This document shows, one piece after another, positions 1 to 8,407 of a stretch of DNA of 64,000 bases; the stretch's first letter is position 1, and each line of letters begins with the position of its first letter. The notes below the pieces were generated by a model. That model was not told where the DNA came from, did no database searches, and was given only the letters and a program-made list of their open reading frames with translations. The position numbers and the translations under genes are program-made. This stretch comes from Gemmatimonadota bacterium. GTDB lineage: Bacteria > Latescibacterota > UBA2968 > UBA8231. Location: contig JAYOYH010000008.1 of NCBI GenBank assembly GCA_038153405.1, positions 38,808 to 102,807 on the forward strand, in the 5' to 3' direction.

Positions 1-382
1 GCGCGCTCAGCGCGTAGAGGTGGGCAAAGACGGCGTCCTCGGCCTCGACGGTTTCCGGCACGCCAACGATGGACTCCCCTTCGCGCGCTACGTATTCCGA
101 CTGGTGGGGATAGCGCGAGACCACGCGGTCGCCGACGGCAAAGCGGCTCACGGCCGCGCCGACCTTGCGCACCACGCCCAGGTTGCTATCGCCCACCCAG
201 CGCGGATAGTCGGGGGCACCAGGCACCGGCTCCGCTCCCTCGTAGTTGCCGCGGTCGGTGCCAATCTTAAACCCCGTTACTAGCGTTTCCACCCAGATCT
301 GATCGTCCTCTAAATTAGATGCGTCGAGAGGATGCTCTTCAATGCGCAGGTCGCGCGGACCGTGTAGCATGGCAATTTTCAC
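1..382 (-). CDS. MDR (zinc-binding alcohol dehydrogenase superfamily) oxidoreductase, 5' part; runs off the left edge
   Basis: Absent from the ORF track. My translation from GTG at 382 reads MKIAMLHGPRDLRIEEHPL...LGVVRKVGAAVSRFAVGDRVV, a GroES-like MDR N-domain. The start abuts the TAA of the upstream gene (383-385). Confidence 0.85.
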   Translation of the reverse strand, partial: MKIAMLHGPRDLRIEEHPLDASNLEDDQIWVETLVTGFKIGTDRGNYEGAEPVPGAPDYPRWVGDSNLGVVRKVGAAVSRFAVGDRVVSRYPHQSEYVAREGESIVGVPETVEAEDAVFAHLYALSA

Positions 383-1579
383 TTAGTCGATCCTCCCTCT
401 CTCCCCGTAGGCTGTATAGTCGTCTTCTATATCGGCCACGCGCACGGACTGGCCCGTTTCGGCCGAGCGTATGGCCGCCAGCGTACAGCGCAGCGCCCCC
501 GTACCTTCGGCCGCGCCATAGCGCACCTCGGTCCCACCCAAGATTGCGTCGATCAGGTGGTGTATCTGCGCGACGTGACCGCGACTGTAGTACGCAATAT
601 CGGAGTCCCATACGTCGTCGCCTCCCTCGTCAAAGCGCAAGGCCGCGCTCGCGCGCCCGGATCGATGCAGCAGCAGATGGGTCTGCTCGCCTTCCCATAG
701 CAAATTGTGTCCGCCTTCGCCTAGCACTTCGATCATGCCCTTCTCGCCGCTGATCGTCGTGGAAAAACCGCGCCGATAATCAAACTGACCGTTGAGCCGC
801 TCCGAGCGCATCCACACGCCCTGACAGCGACCGCTGGCGTGTTTCCAGGTTATGATGGGTATGTCGACACCGCCGCGCGCATAGGGATCGTGGCGCGCAC
901 CCCCGTGGGCCCCGTCCCTTCGACTCCCCTGTGCCTGCACGGCGTAGATCTCCTCAATCGAATCACCGAGCGCAAAATATTCAGCCGTGGCAAAGAAATG
1001 CACGGCGTGATCAAAGATCCACGGATAGCTACCGCCGCCCGAAGCGCGTCCATCAATGCGCCACGTGCGATCGGACGGCCCCGTGTCGATGCGCGGCTGC
1101 GCGCGCTCGAGCCAGTCGCCGTGGCGCTGGCGAATTTGCCGCGGGGCGCCAATGGCGCCCTCTTCGATGAGCTGACGCGCCTTCTGGTGGGCGCTGATAA
1201 ATACATACGTTTCGCCGACGAGCAGCTGCACGCCGCGCGCGCGCGCCGCCCGCTCTAAGGCAAGCCCCTCGCCGACGCTGCGGCAAAAGGGCTTTTCGCA
1301 GTGGACGTGGGCGCCGGCGGCAATCGCCCCGCGCGCCATCGGAGCGTGCAAAAAGGTCGGCGTGGCAATATCGACCACGTCGAGCTGGGCCGAAGCGAGC
1401 ATGTCATCGTAGTCGATATATACCTGCCCCACGGAAAACTGCTCGGCAAAGCGGGCGGCGCGCTGACCATCGCGATCGCACACGGCAACCACCTCGGCCT
1501 GCGGATGGCTGGTATAGCCCTTCCAATGCGCTGTCGAAACGAGGCCCAGGCCCACCATACCTACGCGCAGCTTACTCAT
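383..1579 (-). CDS. Gfo/Idh/MocA family NAD(P)-dependent oxidoreductase
   Basis: Rossmann start RVGMVGLGLVS, ATPTFLH and HVHCEKP motifs. Confidence 0.92.
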   Translation of the reverse strand: MSKLRVGMVGLGLVSTAHWKGYTSHPQAEVVAVCDRDGQRAARFAEQFSVGQVYIDYDDMLASAQLDVVDIATPTFLHAPMARGAIAAGAHVHCEKPFCRSVGEGLALERAARARGVQLLVGETYVFISAHQKARQLIEEGAIGAPRQIRQRHGDWLERAQPRIDTGPSDRTWRIDGRASGGGSYPWIFDHAVHFFATAEYFALGDSIEEIYAVQAQGSRRDGAHGGARHDPYARGGVDIPIITWKHASGRCQGVWMRSERLNGQFDYRRGFSTTISGEKGMIEVLGEGGHNLLWEGEQTHLLLHRSGRASAALRFDEGGDDVWDSDIAYYSRGHVAQIHHLIDAILGGTEVRYGAAEGTGALRCTLAAIRSAETGQSVRVADIEDDYTAYGERGRID

Positions 1580-3460
1580 TTACAGGCCGATCTCGTGGCG
1601 CAGCGCCTGCGTGGCTTCGACCCAATTGCCGACGTTCCAGCGACCAAAGGCTCCGAGGCCACCGAGTTCATTATCGCCGTAGTACACGGGGACGTGCACG
1701 AGAGATAGCCCACCGTAGGCATGCGCCTTTTCCAGCGCTATCAGCAGGTCTTCCGGCGCGTTGCCGCCGTATAGGCCTTGCACACCTGCGATGGAATTAG
1801 CCCAGCCCACGTAGTCGACAACCACTCCGTCCCAAGTGGCGAAATCGGCTCCGTACTGCGCCGATTGCAAGGCGGATATCGCTCCCATGCGCCGATTGTC
1901 CAATAGGAGGATGCAGCCGCGCGCGCCGTGTTCCACTCCATCAATGAGGATCTGCGGATTCATGGTAAACGATCCATCGCCGCTAAAGGCCAACCCGTAA
2001 AAGGGCGTATCGGCCAGCGCCGTCGCCAGCAGAGCCGATGCGGCAAAGCCCATGTAACTGGCGCCCGTCTCCGTGAACGTCTGTCCAAGCCGTTCGTCCT
2101 CCACCACCTGAAAGCCGTTGGCCTGGACGTCGCCGGCGTCGAAAAAGGCCACCGCGCCCACCTGCCGTGCCCAGGCAGCGGCGATGTGAATCGCCGCCGG
2201 CTGAGTCAGCACCGGCCGGCCCCACGCTGTGTCGTGCAGCACTGGCGCACTGTAGCGCGCGCGCTTGAATGCATCCCACTCGGCCCTCTTCTCCCGACAC
2301 GCACTCAGCCAGCTCGAGGCCCCCTCGCCCCGTTCAGCCCCTTCTGCGCGCAGCGCGTCGTTTAACCTTTCCAAGGTCGCGCCCGCATCCCCCACCAGCG
2401 CTACGGTGTGTCCATAGTGGGTCGCCGCTTCCGGATCGGCATTGACATTGATGACCTGTCGCACCTGAGGGTAGCCGGTGCGCGAACAGTCGGCCTGACA
2501 GACAGAGCGCGAGCCTATGGCCACCAATACGTCAGCGTGCTCCATGGCGTAGTTGCCGCTGATCGACCCTTTAGAACCGCCAACCGTCATATTGCGCGGG
2601 TGCCCATAGGGCAAGACACCCGAGACGAGCGGGCTAGTGACGGCTACCGCATCGGCTAGGTCGAGGAACGCAGTTAGCTGATCAGCGCAGTAGCGGGCGC
2701 CGCCACCTACTTTAACTACTACGCGACGGGCCGACAGCAGCGCGCGCGCCGCGCGGGCATAGCGCCCCCCATCGGCGGCCGCACCCAGCGGCGGCGGAGC
2801 ACCCAGTGGCAGCTCCTGCATAGTGAAGTCGGCTATTTTGGCCGGTTGCACATTGAGGGGAAGAAGGAGAAAGAAAGGGCTGGCGCGGTGCGGATGATCG
2901 ACGGCATTGAGGCCGCGGCGCAGCGCCGTGGGCAATGCCTGTGGAGTGTGCAGCACATAGGCCGGTCCCGCCGTGCCGAAGAGGCGCAGATAGGCCCCCT
3001 GTTCACCGCCGGGAATCTGCTGCATATTGGGCCCCTCGTCTTCGCTGGTCTCATCGCCGAGCAGGTACCAAATGCCTAGGCCGTTCGAACGCGGCACCAG
3101 AGAGGCGGCCAGCGCCTGTAGGGCACCGGGACCGATCGAAGTGACGACGGCCGACTTTTCGCCTGTCACCCAGCGCAGCGCCGCCGCCGCGTGCGAAGCC
3201 TCGATTTCGCTGCGCACGCCGCAGACGCGCAGCAAGCCGGCTCCTGCGTATACGCGCAGCACCTCGCCCACCTCGGTCGAACCGTGACCAAAGACGCATA
3301 AAAACCGCGTCACGCCCTGGCGCAATAGTCCCAACACCAGCGCTTCCGAGAGGGTGAGGTCGAGCCGCCTCGGCAGGGCACCGGCGGCCAGTGCCCGCTC
3401 TATGCCTCCTGCAGCAGCGATGGCAGCGGCGCGCGCCGCGCGTCCCTCCACGGCATCCAT
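1580..3460 (-). CDS. TPP-dependent enzyme, IolD-like (trihydroxycyclohexane-dione acylhydrolase family, divergent)
   Basis: VFGHGS (cf. IolD FGHGN), TSIGPGA, SYMGFA and TPP motif GDGSFTM...LLDNRRMGAI. Confidence 0.8.
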   Translation of the reverse strand: MDAVEGRAARAAAIAAAGGIERALAAGALPRRLDLTLSEALVLGLLRQGVTRFLCVFGHGSTEVGEVLRVYAGAGLLRVCGVRSEIEASHAAAALRWVTGEKSAVVTSIGPGALQALAASLVPRSNGLGIWYLLGDETSEDEGPNMQQIPGGEQGAYLRLFGTAGPAYVLHTPQALPTALRRGLNAVDHPHRASPFFLLLPLNVQPAKIADFTMQELPLGAPPPLGAAADGGRYARAARALLSARRVVVKVGGGARYCADQLTAFLDLADAVAVTSPLVSGVLPYGHPRNMTVGGSKGSISGNYAMEHADVLVAIGSRSVCQADCSRTGYPQVRQVINVNADPEAATHYGHTVALVGDAGATLERLNDALRAEGAERGEGASSWLSACREKRAEWDAFKRARYSAPVLHDTAWGRPVLTQPAAIHIAAAWARQVGAVAFFDAGDVQANGFQVVEDERLGQTFTETGASYMGFAASALLATALADTPFYGLAFSGDGSFTMNPQILIDGVEHGARGCILLLDNRRMGAISALQSAQYGADFATWDGVVVDYVGWANSIAGVQGLYGGNAPEDLLIALEKAHAYGGLSLVHVPVYYGDNELGGLGAFGRWNVGNWVEATQALRHEIGL

Positions 3461-3466
3461 GTTTCC

Positions 3467-4057
3467 CTATCCCGCCAAATGCCTGCGCATACAGCAGGCC
3501 ACGACACCGCCCAAGAGGCGACTGCCCTCATCGCTAAAGTGCACGCCGTCCTCTCGGAGAATAGCCTCTTTTCCAGCGCGTTCCACCACGTCGAATAAGT
3601 CGTCTATTTCCACGCCCAGTTCCTGGCAGTGTGCCGCTGCAAAGGCGTTGTACGCTTCGACGTCGGCTTCAAAGCGATCAAAATCCTTATTGGCATGGTG
3701 TAGCTTCTCATCAATGGGGGTCGTCAGTGCCCAGATGACCCGCGTGTCTTCCAGGGCCAACAGGCGCGTCAATATCTGCCGCACATTGTCGGCATACTCG
3801 CCTATGGGCACCTGTGCCTTCCCCGTCGCACCATCCTTTTTTAAATCGTGCAGCCCACAGTTGATATGCACGACGCGCGGACGCCGGCCAATGACCCACT
3901 CGTCGAGATGAGCCAGCACGTTGCGGCTATCGCCGCCGTTGGCCTCCGGGCTCCACACCGCAGCTTCGCCCTCCAGCGCTTCGACCACGGCCTGCTGATA
4001 GCCCATGCGAATGGAGTCGCCGATGAGGACTGCGGCCGGTATTTGCTTTTCTGCCAT
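3467..4057 (-). CDS. SGNH/GDSL hydrolase (esterase/deacetylase)
   Basis: GDS, NCGLHD and DGVHF blocks. Start moved to ATG 4057 (or 4063) to avoid overlap with the upstream gene. Confidence 0.88.
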   Translation of the reverse strand: MAEKQIPAAVLIGDSIRMGYQQAVVEALEGEAAVWSPEANGGDSRNVLAHLDEWVIGRRPRVVHINCGLHDLKKDGATGKAQVPIGEYADNVRQILTRLLALEDTRVIWALTTPIDEKLHHANKDFDRFEADVEAYNAFAAAHCQELGVEIDDLFDVVERAGKEAILREDGVHFSDEGSRLLGGVVACCMRRHLAG

Positions 4058-4067
4058 GCGCATTCGC

Positions 4068-4913
4068 CTAGTTGAGATAGTCGTCGACGACGGCGCGCGT
4101 ATTGGCCAAGCCCTGCCACTCGTCACCGGGGCTGGAAAAAATCAGCGAGTAGGGACCAGAAAAGTGCGCGCCGCGCGCCAGGTCTAAGCATCGAGTAAAA
4201 TCGGCGCGATCCATGTGGCCCTCTTCGACAAATTCGGCCTTGGCGTGCACCGATGTGGCGCGCGGCAAAATAGCGGCCAATGCCTCGTATTTTTCCGGCC
4301 CCTTAAAGTTGCCAAAATCAGCGCACAGGCCGACTTGGCCTTCACACTTGTCGAGAATGGCCTCGAGCGCGCTGACGTGACAGCCCAGCGGGCGGAAATT
4401 TTCCGTCGAGACGCCAACCCCTAGATCGCGCCCACAGCGAGCCAGTGCGCGCAAACTCTCGGCGCTGGCACAAACGGCCTCATTATCTTCTACGGGGCCG
4501 TCGCCGACAGGGAGCGCATCGCCGGCAATAACCCGTACGCAGTGGGCTCCCAGCTGCGCGGCCACTTGCAACCAGCATCGCACCCAGTCCACTTCCCGCT
4601 TGCGCTGCTGCGGATCGGGATGGGCCACATCGCCGGCGTCGATCAACACGCTATAGAGATCGATGCGGCAGGCGGCCAGTTCGGCGCGCAGTTCGCCCAG
4701 GTAGCTCGCATCAACACGCGGCAGGTGAAAGTGGCATATTTCCACCATGCCGATATCGCGCTGTGCCAAATTGCGCGGCAGGTCCAACAGTTCCAACGCT
4801 GCTGTCCCTTCCCCGCGTGCCCGCACGGGCGCCGAACGCATATCGGACCAATCGTACATCACTTGCCCCAGCGCCCGGTGCAAACTCCAGCTCGATGTCA
4901 TTATCCGCTTCAT
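4068..4913 (-). CDS. Sugar-phosphate isomerase/epimerase (xylose-isomerase-like TIM barrel)
   Basis: STENF, ADFGNF and VHAK metal-site motifs. ATG 4913 follows GAGGGG. Confidence 0.85.
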   Translation of the reverse strand: MKRIMTSSWSLHRALGQVMYDWSDMRSAPVRARGEGTAALELLDLPRNLAQRDIGMVEICHFHLPRVDASYLGELRAELAACRIDLYSVLIDAGDVAHPDPQQRKREVDWVRCWLQVAAQLGAHCVRVIAGDALPVGDGPVEDNEAVCASAESLRALARCGRDLGVGVSTENFRPLGCHVSALEAILDKCEGQVGLCADFGNFKGPEKYEALAAILPRATSVHAKAEFVEEGHMDRADFTRCLDLARGAHFSGPYSLIFSSPGDEWQGLANTRAVVDDYLN

Positions 4914-4920
4914 GCACCCC

Positions 4921-5622
4921 TCAGAGAACGATGTGTGCAATCCACCCGGAGGTGGCATCGCAGTAGAGCAAGTCGCTGCCAAAAGCCGATAGACCGTGCG
5001 GTTCGGGATCGCTCGATGCCACCTCGACTCGGTCGAGTTCCGCGCCATCCTCTACGCTCAGTTTGACGAGGACGCGATCGGCCGTATGCACGACCCAGAC
5101 CCCGTCCTCTACGCGCACCACGCCGTGCGCCCTCCCATAGGGCAGCGCAATGACGTGCTGCACCGACCAGTCGGCCACGCGCACCTTGCTCAGCGTCTGC
5201 GACTTGAGGGTGGTGATCCACACATGACCCTCTTCAAATGGATCGTACTCCATGCCGTGCACGCCGCCGCCGCCGGGCACCGGCCAGCGGTTGCGCGTCG
5301 CACCCGTATCGGGATCGATTTCCAGTATATCCCCCTGTCCCTGCTGGGCATCGCTGGCGCGTTCGGGCCGCCACAGCGTGGCCTGACAGTTAGCCGCCAG
5401 CCACAGCGAGCCGCCGCCGCTGGCCATGCCGCTGGTGTTGGACGACTCGCTGGGGATGTCGCGCACCATGCGCGTCACGCCGTATTCGGACGGCTCGGCA
5501 ATCTCAATTAGCGCCAGGCGGTCGGTGATCTGATCGGCCACCCACAGCTGCTGGCCGACGACCTGCAGCGCGTTGGGCACCCCGTACGGCGCGCGAAACA
5601 GCCTGCGAATTTCCCTGCCCAT
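4921..5622 (-). CDS. Small beta-propeller protein (Vgb/glutaminyl-cyclotransferase-like repeats), function unknown
   Basis: Repeated blades PNALQ..LWVAD, SGMA..LWLA, HGME..VWIT, HGVV..VWVV, PHGLS..LLYCD. No signal peptide. Confidence 0.7.
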   Translation of the reverse strand: MGREIRRLFRAPYGVPNALQVVGQQLWVADQITDRLALIEIAEPSEYGVTRMVRDIPSESSNTSGMASGGGSLWLAANCQATLWRPERASDAQQGQGDILEIDPDTGATRNRWPVPGGGGVHGMEYDPFEEGHVWITTLKSQTLSKVRVADWSVQHVIALPYGRAHGVVRVEDGVWVVHTADRVLVKLSVEDGAELDRVEVASSDPEPHGLSAFGSDLLYCDATSGWIAHIVL

Positions 5623-5637
5623 ACTTAGACTCCCTCT

Positions 5638-6612
5638 TTACGCCTCATCCCATACGAGGACGACGGCCATGGTCTTACCCAGCTCGGTGTAGAGCAAATC
5701 AAACGCCGCCTTGGCTTCGGCATAGCCAAAGCGGTGGCTTATCATTTTGTCCACCTGAATCGCACCCGATGCAAGCAGTTCCAGCGCCCGCTGCGAACCG
5801 GCAGGGCGCGCCCCAGCGTCGAGGTACCCCCCCACCAAGCGCACGCCCTGAATCTTGCCCGAGTCCAGCGGCAGCGGTTCGTTCTCGTACAGGCCCAACA
5901 CTTGGATGAGTCCACCTCGGCGCACCATATCCTGCGCTTGAACAAAGGCCGCTGCACCGGCGCGTCCACCGACGGCTTCTACGACGACGTCGGCGCCCGC
6001 GCCGCCCGTCAGTGCCCTGACGGTTGCCACTGCATCGCCAGCCCGCGCATCGACGACGTGGTCGGCGCCCAGTTCGGCAGCCAGGCGACAGCGCTTTTCT
6101 AGGGCATCCACGGCGATCGCGCATCCGACCCCCTGCGCCTTGGCCACCTGCAAACAGCCGCTGCCCACCAACCCCTGCCCCTGAACGACCAACGAACTGG
6201 ATGCATCGGCCGCGGTCTGCCCCATCCACAGCACCGAGCTGGTGGCCAAAGGCCAGAAAGTGCCCGCCTCGCTTGATATCTGGTCGCCGATGCGCACGAC
6301 CGAGGGGCAATGGGTCGGATTGACGACTTCCATCGCCACGTATTCGGCGTGCGGAGCCAGCGCGGCTACGCGGTCTCCAACGGCAAATTCCTCCACCTGC
6401 GCGCCTGCGTCGACGACGTACCCGGCCAGCGAGTAGCCCATCATGCGCGGATCGATAGCTTCGTCGCGGTCGTAGCGCCGCCAGATTTCCGAACCTCGGC
6501 TAATGAGCGAGCGCTCGGCGCGCACCAGCACCTCGGTCGGGCCGATCGCCGGCACGTCGACCTGCTCAATAAAGATATTGCCCCTTCCCTGGGCCTTGGC
6601 CACGCGGTTCAT
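5638..6612 (-). CDS. MDR family dehydrogenase lacking the canonical CGSD/GHE zinc motifs
   Basis: ISRGSE, MGYSLAG, FAVGDRV, GQGLVG, GADVVVEAVG. ATG 6612 follows GGAGG. Confidence 0.88.
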   Translation of the reverse strand: MNRVAKAQGRGNIFIEQVDVPAIGPTEVLVRAERSLISRGSEIWRRYDRDEAIDPRMMGYSLAGYVVDAGAQVEEFAVGDRVAALAPHAEYVAMEVVNPTHCPSVVRIGDQISSEAGTFWPLATSSVLWMGQTAADASSSLVVQGQGLVGSGCLQVAKAQGVGCAIAVDALEKRCRLAAELGADHVVDARAGDAVATVRALTGGAGADVVVEAVGGRAGAAAFVQAQDMVRRGGLIQVLGLYENEPLPLDSGKIQGVRLVGGYLDAGARPAGSQRALELLASGAIQVDKMISHRFGYAEAKAAFDLLYTELGKTMAVVLVWDEA

Positions 6613-6684
6613 AATACGCCTCCACTCAAAGCGCGCACAATATTGCAAAAAAAAAACGCGCCAGCAACTGCCGACAGCGCCCAT

Positions 6685-6718
6685 AAAAAAACCGGGCGCA
6701 CCCATTGGATGCGCCCGG
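6685..6718 (-). terminator. Rho-independent terminator
   Basis: The minus strand reads CCGGGCGCATCC-AAT-GGGTGCGCCCGG followed by T7. Confidence 0.85.
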
Positions 6719-6789
6719 CAGTACTCCCGGAGACTGCTATCTCGAAGGACAGGATGTCTCCAGCCAGGTGGTCAAACACCCGGAGTTGA

Positions 6790-6828
6790 TCAGGTGATCA
6801 ACCTCCCTGCGGTACTTGTACTACTCAA
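6790..6828 (-). CDS. Putative 12-aa small ORF MSSTSTAGRLIT (TTG start)
   Basis: Directly follows GAAAGGAGGTGGTCCA, a very strong SD, inside a promoter-terminator unit. Translation is unproven. Confidence 0.45.
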   Translation of the reverse strand: MSSTSTAGRLIT

Positions 6829-6989
6829 TGGACCACCTCCTTTCCTTATGCGCGCATAACGCATCATTTTGCACCAACCCTGCGCGACGTGTATGCCGAT
6901 TCACAAAGCCGGGCACAGCCCATTCGCTTAGCCTTGAGCTTCAGCGTAGCGGTAACGGAAGTTTTACCCCCCGAACCCGACTTGCCCTG

Positions 6990-7018
6990 AATATACAAGC
7001 AGGAACGAACAAGGTCAA
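6990..7018 (-). promoter_or_regulatory. Sigma70-type promoter
   Basis: TTGACC-N17-TATATT on the minus strand with an AT-rich upstream tract (about 7020-7075). Confidence 0.7.
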
Positions 7019-7259
7019 TTGGAAAAAATAAATTTGATGTAAGTCGCACAAAAATAGCTATTTAAATTAATTACTGCGCAAGGTTATTCACCCGTCGCTG
7101 CCCTGCACATGATCTCCGACACAATGGCGGCGGCCATCTTGCCCCGCGCCTACCCCATCTCCAGCCTGTCGGCACGGGATGCGCCACCGAAACCATCGCT
7201 CAGCGCACCGAATGTGCATCGCTGGGAACCGCGAAGCTGCGCTGAGTGCGGCCCCGACC

Positions 7260-8252
7260 TCAGCGAATTTTCACCGTTACAGGTGCCCCCGTCTTGGCCG
7301 ACTCCCAGGCCGCCTCCGTCAGCTCGATGACGCGCAGGCCGCACTCAGGCGGCACCTGTACGACGTCGCGTCCCAATATCGCGTCCACAAAGTTGCGGTC
7401 CGGCGTCGTGCCGCCGGGCAGGTTGGAGACTTCGTAGACATCGTTGCCGTTTTGCGTCTTGTACGAGACCTCGCCCTTGCGCATATAGACGACCGCTTTG
7501 GTGCCCCAAATCGTGATGTCTTCCCACATGCCGCCGGTCGGCGAATTGCCCACCACGGAGATATTGCCCAGCGCGCCGTTGCGAAAGCGCAGGCTAAGGG
7601 CCGAGTTGATATCGACCTCCGATTCGAAGTTCTCCATATAGGCCTGGACCTGCTCGACCTCTAGTCCAGTCATCCACAGCACGATATCGAGCAGGTGGCT
7701 GCCCGAGTCGTTGAGTTGACCACCGCCCGACAGGGCCAACTGTTGGCGCCACAGGCCCATCGTGCCGCGGTACCAAGCCTGGTCCTGCAGTGCCGACACG
7801 AATTGGATCTCTCCCAGCTCACCGGCCATGATTTGGTTGCGCACGTAGCGGTACTGCGCGCCGAGATGGCGCTGGTAGGATACCATCAGCACCTTGCCGC
7901 TCTTCTCGGCCTTGGCGATAACTTGGTGGGCGTGGTCAACCGTGCAGACCATAGGTTTTTCGCACAGCACGTGCAGTCCTTTGTCGAGCGAAGCCATGAT
8001 CTGCTCAAAGTGTAGAGTGTGCGGCGTCGAAATCTGCACGGCGTCCATCTCGACTTCGTCGAGCATTTTCTGGTAATCTACATAGGCCGGCAGACCAGCC
8101 ACCTGTTCGTAGCGCTCGCTCGCCGCCTGTAGACTCCCTTCGCTGCTGTCGCAGAGGGCGACGACCTCGCATTCACGCATTTCCAATACGCGTCCAATAT
8201 GGCCGCGCGCGTTGCCGCCACAGCCGATAAACCCCATCCGTATCGGTGCCAT
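7260..8252 (-). CDS. Gfo/Idh/MocA family oxidoreductase
   Basis: MGFIGCGG, STPHTLH, VLCEKPM, GGGQLNDSGSHLLD. ATG 8252 follows AGGGGA. Confidence 0.93.
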   Translation of the reverse strand: MAPIRMGFIGCGGNARGHIGRVLEMRECEVVALCDSSEGSLQAASERYEQVAGLPAYVDYQKMLDEVEMDAVQISTPHTLHFEQIMASLDKGLHVLCEKPMVCTVDHAHQVIAKAEKSGKVLMVSYQRHLGAQYRYVRNQIMAGELGEIQFVSALQDQAWYRGTMGLWRQQLALSGGGQLNDSGSHLLDIVLWMTGLEVEQVQAYMENFESEVDINSALSLRFRNGALGNISVVGNSPTGGMWEDITIWGTKAVVYMRKGEVSYKTQNGNDVYEVSNLPGGTTPDRNFVDAILGRDVVQVPPECGLRVIELTEAAWESAKTGAPVTVKIR

Positions 8253-8407
8253 TCTCGTTCCCCTATTTCGCTTGTCCACCGTTCGTCATTGACCGGTGCG
8301 CGCATGAATATATCTTACCCGCATTTTCCCCTCAAGAACGAGTTGCCCCACGGCATGTGCTTGGATATGTTATGCCACCTCGCGTTCAACTTGCGCATGG
8401 AGTCCCT

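Noticed and set aside
6829..6846. 16S rRNA gene fragment (plus strand TGGACCACCTCCTTTC)
   Set aside because: Only about 16 nt match and the flanks do not resemble 16S helix 44/45. It is better read as a minus-strand extended SD.
6685..6985. tmRNA, 6S, SRP or RNase P identity for the 300-nt unit
   Set aside because: I found no tRNA-like T-arm/CCA end, no RNase P GAGGAAAGUCC core and no SRP domain IV motif. An Rfam scan is still needed.
6864..7049. 61-aa ORF in the track
   Set aside because: It starts upstream of and runs through the predicted promoter, with no SD and no recognisable features.
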